This document shows positions 18,599-26,079 of a stretch of DNA of 64,000 nt, one piece after another; position 1 is the first letter of the stretch, and each line of letters starts with the position of its first letter. Under the pieces are notes generated by a model. It did no database searches and was not told where the DNA came from. It was given only the letters and a program-made list of their open reading frames with translations. A program made the position numbers and the translations under genes. Source of the DNA: an uncultured Oscillospiraceae bacterium (lineage in GTDB: Bacteria > Bacillota > Clostridia > Oscillospirales > Oscillospiraceae); NCBI GenBank assembly GCA_934667095.1, contig CAKULE010000006.1, forward strand, positions 1,720-65,719. Reading direction: 5' to 3'.

Positions 18599-18612
18599 GG
18601 TATCCCTCCTCC

Positions 18613-18636
18613 AAATCCGCAAACGCATGCGGATTT
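18613..18636. repeat. 24-bp palindromic motif, copy 1 (AAATCCGCA-N6-TGCGGATTT)
   Basis: AAATCCGCAAACGCATGCGGATTT, 15 nt upstream of the int start codon. Confidence 0.8.
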
Positions 18637-18670
18637 GCGCACAAATGTTCGATTCAGCGTTCTTTTTTAA

Positions 18671-18697
18671 CCTCCCCCGAAGCCGGGGGAGGTTTTT
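18671..18697 (+). terminator. GC hairpin + T5 between palindrome copies 1 and 2 (plus-sense terminator)
   Basis: CCTCCCCC-GAAGCC-GGGGGAGG followed by TTTTT. In minus sense only UU follows the hairpin. Confidence 0.45.
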
Positions 18698-18698
18698 C

Positions 18699-18722
18699 AA
18701 ATCCGCAGACGTTTGCGGATTT
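18699..18722. repeat. 24-bp palindromic motif, copy 2
   Basis: AAATCCGCAGACGTTTGCGGATTT. Same 9-bp arms as copy 1, different 6-nt spacer. Confidence 0.8.
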
Positions 18723-18730
18723 CAGAAATT

Positions 18731-19147
18731 TCAATGCTCGAGTGTCTGTCCTTCGTAGAGAAGAAGGAGGGCACGGAGCGGATCGAGAAAGTCGCCGCAG
18801 ATCTGCCGTGCGATGGCGGCGGCAGTGGCTTCATCATAAACATGCGAGGTCAAGTTGCGGGCGGTGAGGATATTGTTCCAGACCTCGCTGTCCTTGATCA
18901 CGCCGGCGGAAAAGGCTTCCTTTAGGATACCCCGAGGCGACGCAATGGAAAGCACCATGCCCTGGTCCTCCAGGTATTCCTTGACAGACTTCCAGGCCAG
19001 CTCCACGGTGAACTCGAAGCGCTGGATGAGCCCGTCCCGATACAGGGAATCCTCCGGGGCCTGCTGATAGCGGGCGACGGCCTCCTCCAGTTGGGCGAGG
19101 GCGTGCTTGTAATTACTGATCTTTTGCAGCATAGAGGACCACACCAT
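18731..19147 (-). CDS. HEPN-domain protein (HI0074-type nucleotidyltransferase substrate-binding subunit), putative toxin of an MNT/HEPN pair
   Basis: RFEFTVELAWKSVKEYL and R-x4-H motif ARNLTSHVY. Alternative start ATG 19132. Overlaps the upstream MNT gene. Confidence 0.8.
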   Translation of the reverse strand: MVWSSMLQKISNYKHALAQLEEAVARYQQAPEDSLYRDGLIQRFEFTVELAWKSVKEYLEDQGMVLSIASPRGILKEAFSAGVIKDSEVWNNILTARNLTSHVYDEATAAAIARQICGDFLDPLRALLLLYEGQTLEH

Positions 19148-19400
19148 CCTTTTCGATATTATGCAGGAACGCGGGAGCCATGTCGGTCGAGATATGGACG
19201 ATGTCCAGCTTCAGCAGGGTGGGCAGTTCCTCCGCCTCCAGCCAGAAGGCCCCGCGCTCCGCCTCCGGCATACCGTACACGGCAAGATCGACATCGCTCT
19301 GAGCGTGGAAATCGCCCCGGGCCCGGGAGCCAAAGAGCACAAGCCGCCGGGCGCCGTGCCGCTGCGCCAGCGCGGCAAGCTGATGATAGAGCCGTTCCAT
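19113..19400 (-). CDS. minimal nucleotidyltransferase (MNT), putative antitoxin partner
   Basis: Start MERLYHQLAAL at 19400. Pol-beta-type motif LFGSRARGDFHAQSDVDLAV. Confidence 0.8.
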   Translation of the reverse strand: MERLYHQLAALAQRHGARRLVLFGSRARGDFHAQSDVDLAVYGMPEAERGAFWLEAEELPTLLKLDIVHISTDMAPAFLHNIEKDGVVLYAAKDQ

Positions 19401-19413
19401 CGCCGCGCACCTC

Positions 19414-20169
19414 TCAATACTTCGCCCGGAGCTCAACCACCTTGCCGATGACTCGGACAGGGAGGCGCTCCACGTCGGCACAACTGTAAAACTGGACATC
19501 ATGCACCGGGTTGGTCGGGATCAGCGAGATCCCGTCCGGCCCGTATTTTATTTTCTTCACGGTGGCGCTGTCGCCGTTGACCAACACCACCACGGTGTCG
19601 CCGGTCTCGGCGGAGTCCTGTTTACGGACGATGACCACGTCGCCGTCCCGCATGCGGGGCTCCATGCTGTCGCCCTTGATCCGCAGGCCGAAGAACTCGC
19701 CGGTAGCGGCCAGGGCCCCATCGATCTCCTCGTAGTCCACCACGTCGGTGATGGCTTCGATGGGGATACCGGCGGCCACGTCGCCCAGTACAGGGATACG
19801 GGAAGCGGTGACTAAGTCTAATACGTGCTGGTAGCCATGAGTTAATGCGTAAATTGTGTCGTGGCTCAACGCAAGTGATTCCTGCAGTGAGGATATGCGT
19901 CGCTGAGAATCTAATAGGGCCGCAGATTGTGGGCTTCTATACTTTTCGCCGGAACCAAAAAGAAGCCAACTTGGCGATGTGTTGAGTGCGGTGCAGAGAA
20001 GGCCGATTTTCCCAGCAAAAGAATTACTTTTCCCCTTTTTCCAGTCAGTGACTGTTTGAGGAGAAACTTGCATCATATCCGCAAAATCTTTTTGCGTGAT
20101 ACCAGAATCATCTAGCAAAGTGAAAATGCGATCTCGCATGGAATCGTATTCTACGTTAAAATCGCTCAA
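19414..20169 (-). CDS. CI/LexA-like phage repressor (XRE HTH + S24 peptidase domain)
   Basis: TTG start with AGGAGG RBS. HTH ITQKDFADMMQVSPQTVTDWKKG. S24 block RIKGDSMEPRMRDGDVVIV...VKKI. Confidence 0.9.
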   Translation of the reverse strand: MSDFNVEYDSMRDRIFTLLDDSGITQKDFADMMQVSPQTVTDWKKGKSNSFAGKIGLLCTALNTSPSWLLFGSGEKYRSPQSAALLDSQRRISSLQESLALSHDTIYALTHGYQHVLDLVTASRIPVLGDVAAGIPIEAITDVVDYEEIDGALAATGEFFGLRIKGDSMEPRMRDGDVVIVRKQDSAETGDTVVVLVNGDSATVKKIKYGPDGISLIPTNPVHDVQFYSCADVERLPVRVIGKVVELRAKY

Positions 20170-20198
20170 AATTGCGACCTCCTATTTGGACAGATTCG

Positions 20199-20227
20199 CC
20201 ATAAATCAGAAAAAATCTGATTTATGG
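20199..20227. promoter_or_regulatory. operator O1: 29-bp palindrome in the cI/cro intergenic region
   Basis: CCATAAATCAGA-AAAAA-TCTGATTTATGG (12-bp arms). Confidence 0.65.
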
Positions 20228-20256
20228 TTGACAATCAGAAAAAATCTGATTAGTAT
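20228..20256 (+). promoter_or_regulatory. rightward early promoter (PR-like) overlapped by operator O2
   Basis: TTGACA (20228-20233), 17-nt spacer, TAGTAT (20251-20256). The spacer contains AATCAGAAAAAATCTGATT (20233-20251), a second copy of the O1 core. Confidence 0.6.
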
Positions 20257-20326
20257 ATACATAAAAACAAGTATAACTTAACACATCAAAAGCAATATCG
20301 CAAGACTTTTCTGTAAGGAGGTAGTT

Positions 20327-20560
20327 ATGAAAATTTTAGAGTGTCGAAAGGCAGCGAAAATGACGAGGAAAAGATTGGCACAGGATCTTGGAGTATCGAG
20401 TACTGCTGTTTATCTATGGGAAGTAGGAAAGGCAACTCCTCGGCTTCAAAATTTGATTGAGATGTCAAGGATTTTGGGATGTACAGTTGGGGATCTAATT
20501 GGCGAAGAAACTGAACCATACACCGAGGAGGCCCGGGCCGTCCGGCCCACAGCGTCATAA
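20327..20560 (+). CDS. Cro-like XRE-family HTH regulator
   Basis: RBS AAGGAGG upstream. MTRKRLAQDLGVSSTAVYLWEVGKATPRLQNLIEMSRILGCTVGDLI. Divergent from the repressor. Confidence 0.85.
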   Translation: MKILECRKAAKMTRKRLAQDLGVSSTAVYLWEVGKATPRLQNLIEMSRILGCTVGDLIGEETEPYTEEARAVRPTAS

Positions 20561-20584
20561 TACACCGGCAGGAGGTGATTGACC

Positions 20585-21034
20585 ATGCAGAGAGATTGCA
20601 GAAATATCTATCAGACCGCCCGGAAAATCGCGGGCGTCACCCAGGAGCGGGCCGCCGAGATGCTGGGTCTGTCCGTGCGCTCCCTGGCGGACTACGAGTG
20701 CGGGGTGCGGGTGCCGCCCAACGAGGTGGTGGACCAGATGGTCACGTGCTACTGCTGTCATCAGTTAGCAGTGTGGCACATCCGGGCCACGGTGGAGAGC
20801 GCCCGCAGTATTTTGCCGGAGGTCGCCCAGCTGCGCCTGCCGGAGGCGGTGCTCTGCCTTGTAGACACCATCTACGACTTTGCCGACGACAAGCTCGACC
20901 GCCAGCTGATCGATATGGCCCGGGACGGCGTGATCGACGAAACGGAGCGGCCCCAGTTCCGGCGGATCGTGGGGAAGCTGAACAACATTGTGGCGGCGGC
21001 TGTGGCCATCAGCTGCCAGAGCGCGGAGAGATAG
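20585..21034 (+). CDS. XRE-family HTH protein with C-terminal helical domain
   Basis: RBS GGAGG 20571-20575, ATG 20585. GVTQERAAEMLGLSVRSLADYECGVRVPPNEVV. Confidence 0.7.
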   Translation: MQRDCRNIYQTARKIAGVTQERAAEMLGLSVRSLADYECGVRVPPNEVVDQMVTCYCCHQLAVWHIRATVESARSILPEVAQLRLPEAVLCLVDTIYDFADDKLDRQLIDMARDGVIDETERPQFRRIVGKLNNIVAAAVAISCQSAER

Positions 21035-21044
21035 GAGGACGACC

Positions 21045-21251
21045 ATGTCACGAGAAAAGGAACTGTTCCGGGACAACCTTGTGCGGCTGGACGAGGCGTT
21101 TCCCGGACGGGAGCTTATCAAATTCGCGGACGCGGTGGACTACTGCGGGATTCCGTCGCGCACCGCCAGAGAGGACAAAAAATTTCCGAAGCAGTTTGTG
21201 GGGAAGAATCTGTATGTCAGCAAGACGAAGCTCGCCAGCTATTTGGCATAA
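21045..21251 (+). CDS. small phage DNA-binding-like protein (possible Xis/regulator)
   Basis: RBS AGGAGG before ATG 21045. 68 aa, basic C-terminus. No family assignable by eye. Confidence 0.5.
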   Translation: MSREKELFRDNLVRLDEAFPGRELIKFADAVDYCGIPSRTAREDKKFPKQFVGKNLYVSKTKLASYLA

Positions 21252-21364
21252 AAAAGCCCCCGGCGAATGCGGGTACATTCACCAGGGGCTCGGCAGTACA
21301 AGTACTACCATGAGAACAAATTTAGTTTACCATATTCGGCGGAAAATTGCAAGGGGGTGAGGGC

Positions 21365-22219
21365 GTGGCGCAGATCAGAATCGAAAAATCCCAGGGTTTC
21401 ACGGCGCTGGCCAACGAGGTCATCCAGAATCCGAAGCTGTCCTTAAAGGCGAAGGGGCTGTTGGCCTATATGCTGTCCGTCCCGGCAGACTGGGACTATT
21501 CCATATCCGGCCTGTCCGCCAAGTGCAGGGAGGGCAAGGCCGCCATCCGCAGCGCCATCGGGGAGCTGATGGAGGCCGGCCACGTGACCCGCAGCGCCGT
21601 CCGCAAGGCCACCGGCACCATGGACGGCTACGAGTACGTGGTCTACGAACTGCCAAGACCGTCGTGCGAAAATCGGACGACGGCAGAGGAGGAGCCACCG
21701 TCGTTCGGTTTTCCGACGTCGGATTTTCCGTCGTCGGAAAATCGAACGGAACAAAATAAGAACTTAACAAAGAAGAACTTAACAGATACCCCCTATAGTC
21801 CCCCAGCGGGGGACGGGCCTGCCGAAGATCTACATACTCCGGAGCCGCCGAAGCAGGACGCCCCAGAGCCGCCGGAGCCCAAGCCCCGGAAGGGGCGACT
21901 GAAGGACTACAAGCCGGAGTGGTTCAATGCCTTCTGGGCCATCTATCCCCGGAAGGACGGGAAACAGGCGGCCTATAAGTCGTGGTGCAAACTCAAGCCA
22001 GACCGGCCCACCTGCCGGGCCATGGCGGCGGGGCTGGAGCGGGCCCGAACCTCCCGGCAGTGGACGAAGGACAACGGGGAGTTCATTCCCCACGCCTCCA
22101 CATGGATCAACGGCCGTATGTGGGAGGACGAGGGTGTGGACCTGTCGCTGCTGCCGGCGGCGGCTGATTCCGGCGGCCGGTGCTGGGCCCCGGACCCGGA
22201 GGTGATCCCCGATGGATGA
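21365..22219 (+). CDS. phage replication initiator / replisome organizer (N-terminal winged-helix, low-complexity linker, conserved C-terminal domain)
   Basis: GFTALANEVIQNPKLSLKAKGLLAYMLSVPADWDYSISGL... is a typical phage replication wHTH. C-terminal YPRKDGKQAAYKSWCKL...ASTWINGRMWEDE. Lies directly upstream of DnaB. Start GTG 21365 (or TTG 21347). Confidence 0.7.
   Translation: MAQIRIEKSQGFTALANEVIQNPKLSLKAKGLLAYMLSVPADWDYSISGLSAKCREGKAAIRSAIGELMEAGHVTRSAVRKATGTMDGYEYVVYELPRPSCENRTTAEEEPPSFGFPTSDFPSSENRTEQNKNLTKKNLTDTPYSPPAGDGPAEDLHTPEPPKQDAPEPPEPKPRKGRLKDYKPEWFNAFWAIYPRKDGKQAAYKSWCKLKPDRPTCRAMAAGLERARTSRQWTKDNGEFIPHASTWINGRMWEDEGVDLSLLPAAADSGGRCWAPDPEVIPDG
21660..21790. repeat. iteron-like inverted/direct repeats inside the organizer gene (candidate phage ori)
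   Basis: Four CGGAAAAYC-type units in alternating orientation (21666-21683, 21706-21722, 21720-21737, 21735-21749), plus AAGAACTTAACA twice (21758-21769, 21773-21784) in an AT-rich stretch. Confidence 0.5.
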
Positions 22220-23615
22220 GGAACTGCGCCTTACCGGGGCCGTGGAGGCCCAGCAGTCTGTCATCGGCTCCATGCTCATCGACGACCGCTGTGTGGGCGT
22301 GGTGATGAGCAGTCTGACAGCAGAGGACTTTACCGACGGTCCCTGCCGGACGGCCTTCCGGGCCATCAAAAAGCAGTTCGTGGCGGACAGGCCGGTGGAC
22401 CCCATCGCCCTGCTGGACGCCGTGGGCGGTGGGGATCGCTATGTCCAGTGGATCAAAGAGGTCATGGAGATCACCCCCACCGCCGCCAATGTGGAGTATT
22501 ACGCCGGGATCGTCCGCAAGTCGGCGGCCCTGTGTCGGCTTCGGGAATTGGCGGGCAATGTGGTCCAGTGCGGAGATTTGGAAACGGCCTCGGCTCTGGT
22601 GCGGGAGATGTCGGCCGCCACCTCGGCGGCCAGCCGTGTGTCCCGCATGACGGCCCGGGAGCTGGCGGAGGACTTCCTACGCCGGTTGACCGACCAGAAA
22701 AAGCCGGAGTACCTCCCCTGGGGGATACCGGCGGCGGACCAGAAGGTCTACGCCGAACTGGGGGACCTGTGCCTGCTGGGCGGGTACGCCTCGGCGGGCA
22801 AGACCCTGTTGTCCCTCCAGATGGCCCTGGCCCAGGCCAAGCGGTACCGGGTGGGTTACTACACCCTGGAGACCCGGCCGGAGAAGATGGCCGACCGCAT
22901 GTTCGCCCACCTGGCCAAGCTGCCCATGACGGCTATCAAGCGCCGGGAGATCACGGAGGGCGATCTGCGCCGGGCGGCGGACGCAGCGGATCTGTTTACC
23001 AAGACCTGCCCCATTGACTTCGTCCGGGCGGCGGGCCTGTCCGTGGAGGACATCGCCGCCGACGCCATCGCCCACCGCTACCAGGTGATCTACGTGGACT
23101 ATCTCCAGCTCATCGAGGTGCCCGGAATCCGGGCAGGGGACCGCTATGGAGCCGTGACGGCGGTGAGCCGGGGGCTGAAGCTGTTCGCCCAGTCCCACAA
23201 CGTGGCGGTGGTGGCGCTGGCCCAGCTCTCCCGGCCCCAGCCAGCGGGCGGGAAGAATGGGCAGGCCCTCATCCCGCCGTCCATGCACTCTTTCCGGGAG
23301 TCCGGCCAGATCGAGCAGGACGCCGACGTGGCCTTTCTGCTGTGGGCAGAGGATGACAACGACAACCGTTCTCGCCGGAGTTTCAAGCTGGGCAAGAACA
23401 AGGAGGGCGAGAAGTTTCTCCGCCATCTGGATTTTGATGGCTCCACCCAGACTATGGCAGAGGTGGAGGAATCGGAGCGCAGCGCCGTGGCCGCTCACTA
23501 TTCCGAGGTGGGCAAAGCGGTGAAGCAACGCAACCGAGCGGCTGCACAGGTTCCGGGCTTTACAGAACTGCCGGAGGACAGCGACTGTCCCTTCCCGGCG
23601 AGGGCGCCCTCATGA
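22212..23615 (+). CDS. DnaB-type replicative DNA helicase
   Basis: 467 aa. N-terminal AQQSVIGSMLID...DFTD...AIKKQF pattern. Walker A GGYASAGKTLLSLQMAL. RecA-like C-terminal domain FRESGQIEQDADV. Confidence 0.9.
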   Translation: MDEELRLTGAVEAQQSVIGSMLIDDRCVGVVMSSLTAEDFTDGPCRTAFRAIKKQFVADRPVDPIALLDAVGGGDRYVQWIKEVMEITPTAANVEYYAGIVRKSAALCRLRELAGNVVQCGDLETASALVREMSAATSAASRVSRMTARELAEDFLRRLTDQKKPEYLPWGIPAADQKVYAELGDLCLLGGYASAGKTLLSLQMALAQAKRYRVGYYTLETRPEKMADRMFAHLAKLPMTAIKRREITEGDLRRAADAADLFTKTCPIDFVRAAGLSVEDIAADAIAHRYQVIYVDYLQLIEVPGIRAGDRYGAVTAVSRGLKLFAQSHNVAVVALAQLSRPQPAGGKNGQALIPPSMHSFRESGQIEQDADVAFLLWAEDDNDNRSRRSFKLGKNKEGEKFLRHLDFDGSTQTMAEVEESERSAVAAHYSEVGKAVKQRNRAAAQVPGFTELPEDSDCPFPARAPS

Positions 23616-23800
23616 CGGCCCGGCAGATGGCCCTGGTGCGGGGCGAGGCCCTGCGGCACGAGCGGCTGAGCCGCCTATCGGAGGAACCATCCGTCCGGAC
23701 CGGACACTTGGAAACGGCGGCGGCTCTGCTGGCCGCCCTGGACGCCGCCCAGTGCGGGAGGAGAAAGCGAAAGAGGAGGGCACACCATGCGAGACATTGA
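23612..23800 (+). CDS. hypothetical phage protein
   Basis: ATGA overlap with the dnaB stop. 62 aa, Arg-rich tail. Confidence 0.4.
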   Translation: MTARQMALVRGEALRHERLSRLSEEPSVRTGHLETAAALLAALDAAQCGRRKRKRRAHHARH

Positions 23801-23990
23801 GCTGGGTATGCCGTACACGTTCGTCCCGGCCCCCTTTATCGGGGAGCGGGACGTGACCCGGGACGGGGAGACCGTCCGCCGGGCGGTTACCGGCCGGGTC
23901 TGCTATATCAACGAGCCCCACAGGTATTTCACCGTGAGCTTTACCCTCGGCAGAGGGTATCCCATGAAGGAATCCTTCAAAATTTTCTGA
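23787..23990 (+). CDS. hypothetical phage protein
   Basis: 67-aa ORF with GAGGAGGG RBS upstream, in an operon-like position. Confidence 0.5.
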   Translation: MRDIELGMPYTFVPAPFIGERDVTRDGETVRRAVTGRVCYINEPHRYFTVSFTLGRGYPMKESFKIF

Positions 23991-24003
23991 GGAGGTACAT
24001 ACC

Positions 24004-24789
24004 ATGAGAACATTTGCAGTTGTCAACATGAAGGGCGGGGTGGGCAAGACTACCACTGCCATCAATCTGGCGTGTATTCTGGCCACCGACTACCAGCAGC
24101 GGGTACTGCTGGTGGACGCCGATGCCCAGTCCAACGCCACCCGCTGCCTGCTGGATGCCGATGAGACTCGCTCCGGGCTGGCCGCCCTGCTCACCGGCCT
24201 TGCCAGCTATGACGAGCTGATCGAGCCTGTGGCGGAGATCGAGGGGTTGGATATGCTCCCAGCCACCAATGAGCTGTGGCGGGTAGACTTCGCCTGCGTC
24301 ACCGGGGACGGCTCCGGAGTGTTCCGTGCCCTGCGGGGTCTGCGGGACGCCGTGGAGGAGGACGACAGCTATGACGTGATGGTCATTGACTGCCCGCCCA
24401 GCTTCTCCGCCGCCTGCGTGTCCGCCATCGTGGCCAGCGACAGCATCATCATCCCAGTGCTGCCCGACGCCTTCTCCGCCGCCGGCATGGCGGACCTGGT
24501 GGAGCAGATCGACAGCGCCCGGCGGTATCAGCCCTCCATCCGGGTGTCCGGAATCCTCATCAACCAGTGGCACCGGGCCGACGTGGTGGAGGACGCCACC
24601 GAGTACCTCCGGGCAGCCTCCCCCGTGCCCGTGTTCGACACGGTGATCCGCCGGACGGATCGGGTGCTGGAATCCACTTGGGCCCAGCAGCCCGTGATGA
24701 TCTGGAGCCCCCGGTCCTCCGCCGCCCGGGACTACCGGGCCTGGGTCAGGGAACTGGTGACCAAGGAGGCGGTGCTGGGTGGCCGGTAA
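24004..24789 (+). CDS. parA: ParA/Soj-family partition ATPase
   Basis: Deviant Walker A VNMKGGVGKTTTAINLA. VLLVDADAQSNAT. VIDCPPS. RBS GAGGAGG upstream. Confidence 0.9.
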   Translation: MRTFAVVNMKGGVGKTTTAINLACILATDYQQRVLLVDADAQSNATRCLLDADETRSGLAALLTGLASYDELIEPVAEIEGLDMLPATNELWRVDFACVTGDGSGVFRALRGLRDAVEEDDSYDVMVIDCPPSFSAACVSAIVASDSIIIPVLPDAFSAAGMADLVEQIDSARRYQPSIRVSGILINQWHRADVVEDATEYLRAASPVPVFDTVIRRTDRVLESTWAQQPVMIWSPRSSAARDYRAWVRELVTKEAVLGGR

Positions 24790-25735
24790 GTTTGACTTGG
24801 GGGCCATCCTTGCCGGGCAGGAGGTCAAGACCCCACCCAAGCCCCGGGACATCGCCGCCATCACGGCGGAGATCATCGAGAACAAGCGTCGTGGCGGAGA
24901 GGCCGTCCTCACCATCGGCCGGGCCCTCAACGAGGCCAAGGCCCTGCTGAGCCACGGGGAGTGGCTGCCGTGGCTGACAGAGCAGGCAGAGCTGTCGGAG
25001 CGGGCAGCCCAGAACTTCATGCGGCTGGCCCGGGAGTGGTCAAATCCGCAAACGCTTGCGGATTTGGGCAGCAGCAAGGCCCTCGCCCTGCTGGCCCTGC
25101 CGGAGGAGGAGCGGGAGCAGTTTGTAGAGGCCCATCCGGTGGCTGACATGAGCACCCGGGAGCTGAAGCAGGCCATCGCGGACCGTGAGGCGGCGCTGGC
25201 CGAGAAGGCTGCCGCCAACAAGGAGCGGGACAAGCTGGCGGAGCGGGTGGCCGCCCTCCAGTCGGCCCAGGAGCTGGCCGCCGATCTCACCGCCCAAAAG
25301 GACGCCGAGATCGTCCAGCTTCGGGCGGAGCTGAAGGCCACCCAGGAGCGGCCGGTGGACGTGGCCGTCATGGAGGTGGACCAGACCGCTCTGGATGCCG
25401 CCCGGGCCGAAGCGGCCGCCGCAGCGCAGGCCAAGTTGGACAAGGCCCTGGATGGCAAGAAACAGGCGGAGGAGAAGCGCAAGGCACTGGAGGAGGAATT
25501 GACGGCTCTCCGGGCGCAGCTGGCGGACTCTGCCCGGGAGGACAAGCGGGCGCAGATCGCGGCGGACAAGGACCTTGCGGTATTTGAGGTGACCTTCGCT
25601 CAAACCCAGGAGGACGTGAATCGGCTCCACGGTCTGCTCATGAAGGTGCGCAGCCGAGGGGATGAGACCTTGGCGGAGAAGCTCCGCCGGGCCCTGCTGG
25701 CCCTGGCGGACAGCGTGAGGGGGTGCGCAGGATGA
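24779..25735 (+). CDS. DUF3102-like protein with long coiled coil, candidate ParB-like/centromere-binding partner of ParA
   Basis: GTG start after AAGGAGG. IGRALNEAKALLSHGEWLPWLTEQAELSERAAQNFMRLARE matches my recollection of DUF3102. The Ala/Glu/Lys-rich middle is predicted coiled coil. Contains palindrome copy 3. Confidence 0.7.
   Translation: MAGKFDLGAILAGQEVKTPPKPRDIAAITAEIIENKRRGGEAVLTIGRALNEAKALLSHGEWLPWLTEQAELSERAAQNFMRLAREWSNPQTLADLGSSKALALLALPEEEREQFVEAHPVADMSTRELKQAIADREAALAEKAAANKERDKLAERVAALQSAQELAADLTAQKDAEIVQLRAELKATQERPVDVAVMEVDQTALDAARAEAAAAAQAKLDKALDGKKQAEEKRKALEEELTALRAQLADSAREDKRAQIAADKDLAVFEVTFAQTQEDVNRLHGLLMKVRSRGDETLAEKLRRALLALADSVRGCAG
25042..25065. repeat. 24-bp palindromic motif, copy 3 (inside the DUF3102-like gene)
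   Basis: AAATCCGCAAACGCTTGCGGATTT; encodes SNPQTLADL. Confidence 0.8.
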
Positions 25736-26067
25736 GCGTACTGGCCGAAGTGATCGCCGCCATCGAGGCCCAGCAGCCGAAGGAACGCTCCGCCGTCTGG
25801 ATGGTGGGGGAGCAGATGAAGGACATCTGCCGGGCCGACCCGGCCGCCGCCGAGCTCCTGCTGGCGGATCTGACCCACAACCCGGACATGACGCTGGCGG
25901 CCGCCGAGAAAAAGATCGCCGCCCGGGCCAAGGCTAACAAGGTGGGCAACTGCGGCTGCGTCACCCCGGCGGAGGCGGAGGAGATCCTCCGGGAGTTCTT
26001 CGGCCTTGGAGCCCCGGGCACTCCGGCGGAACGCCCCAAGGTCCTGGACCTGGCGGACTTTCTGTGA
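25732..26067 (+). CDS. PcfK-like / AcrIIA9-family-like small protein (candidate anti-CRISPR)
   Basis: ATGA overlap with the upstream stop. ...TLAAAEKKIAARAKANKVGNCGCVTPAEAEEILREFFGLG resembles the conserved C-terminal block I recall for the AcrIIA9/PcfK-like family. Followed by a PcfJ-like gene. Confidence 0.55.
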   Translation: MSVLAEVIAAIEAQQPKERSAVWMVGEQMKDICRADPAAAELLLADLTHNPDMTLAAAEKKIAARAKANKVGNCGCVTPAEAEEILREFFGLGAPGTPAERPKVLDLADFL

Positions 26068-26079
26068 GGGGGCGGGCTG

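Noticed and set aside
23977-25569. 530-aa minus-strand ORF (Ser/Ala/Arg-rich) antisense to parA and the DUF3102-like gene
   Set aside because: No RBS or motif and extreme low complexity. The plus-strand genes have clear family signatures and translational coupling.
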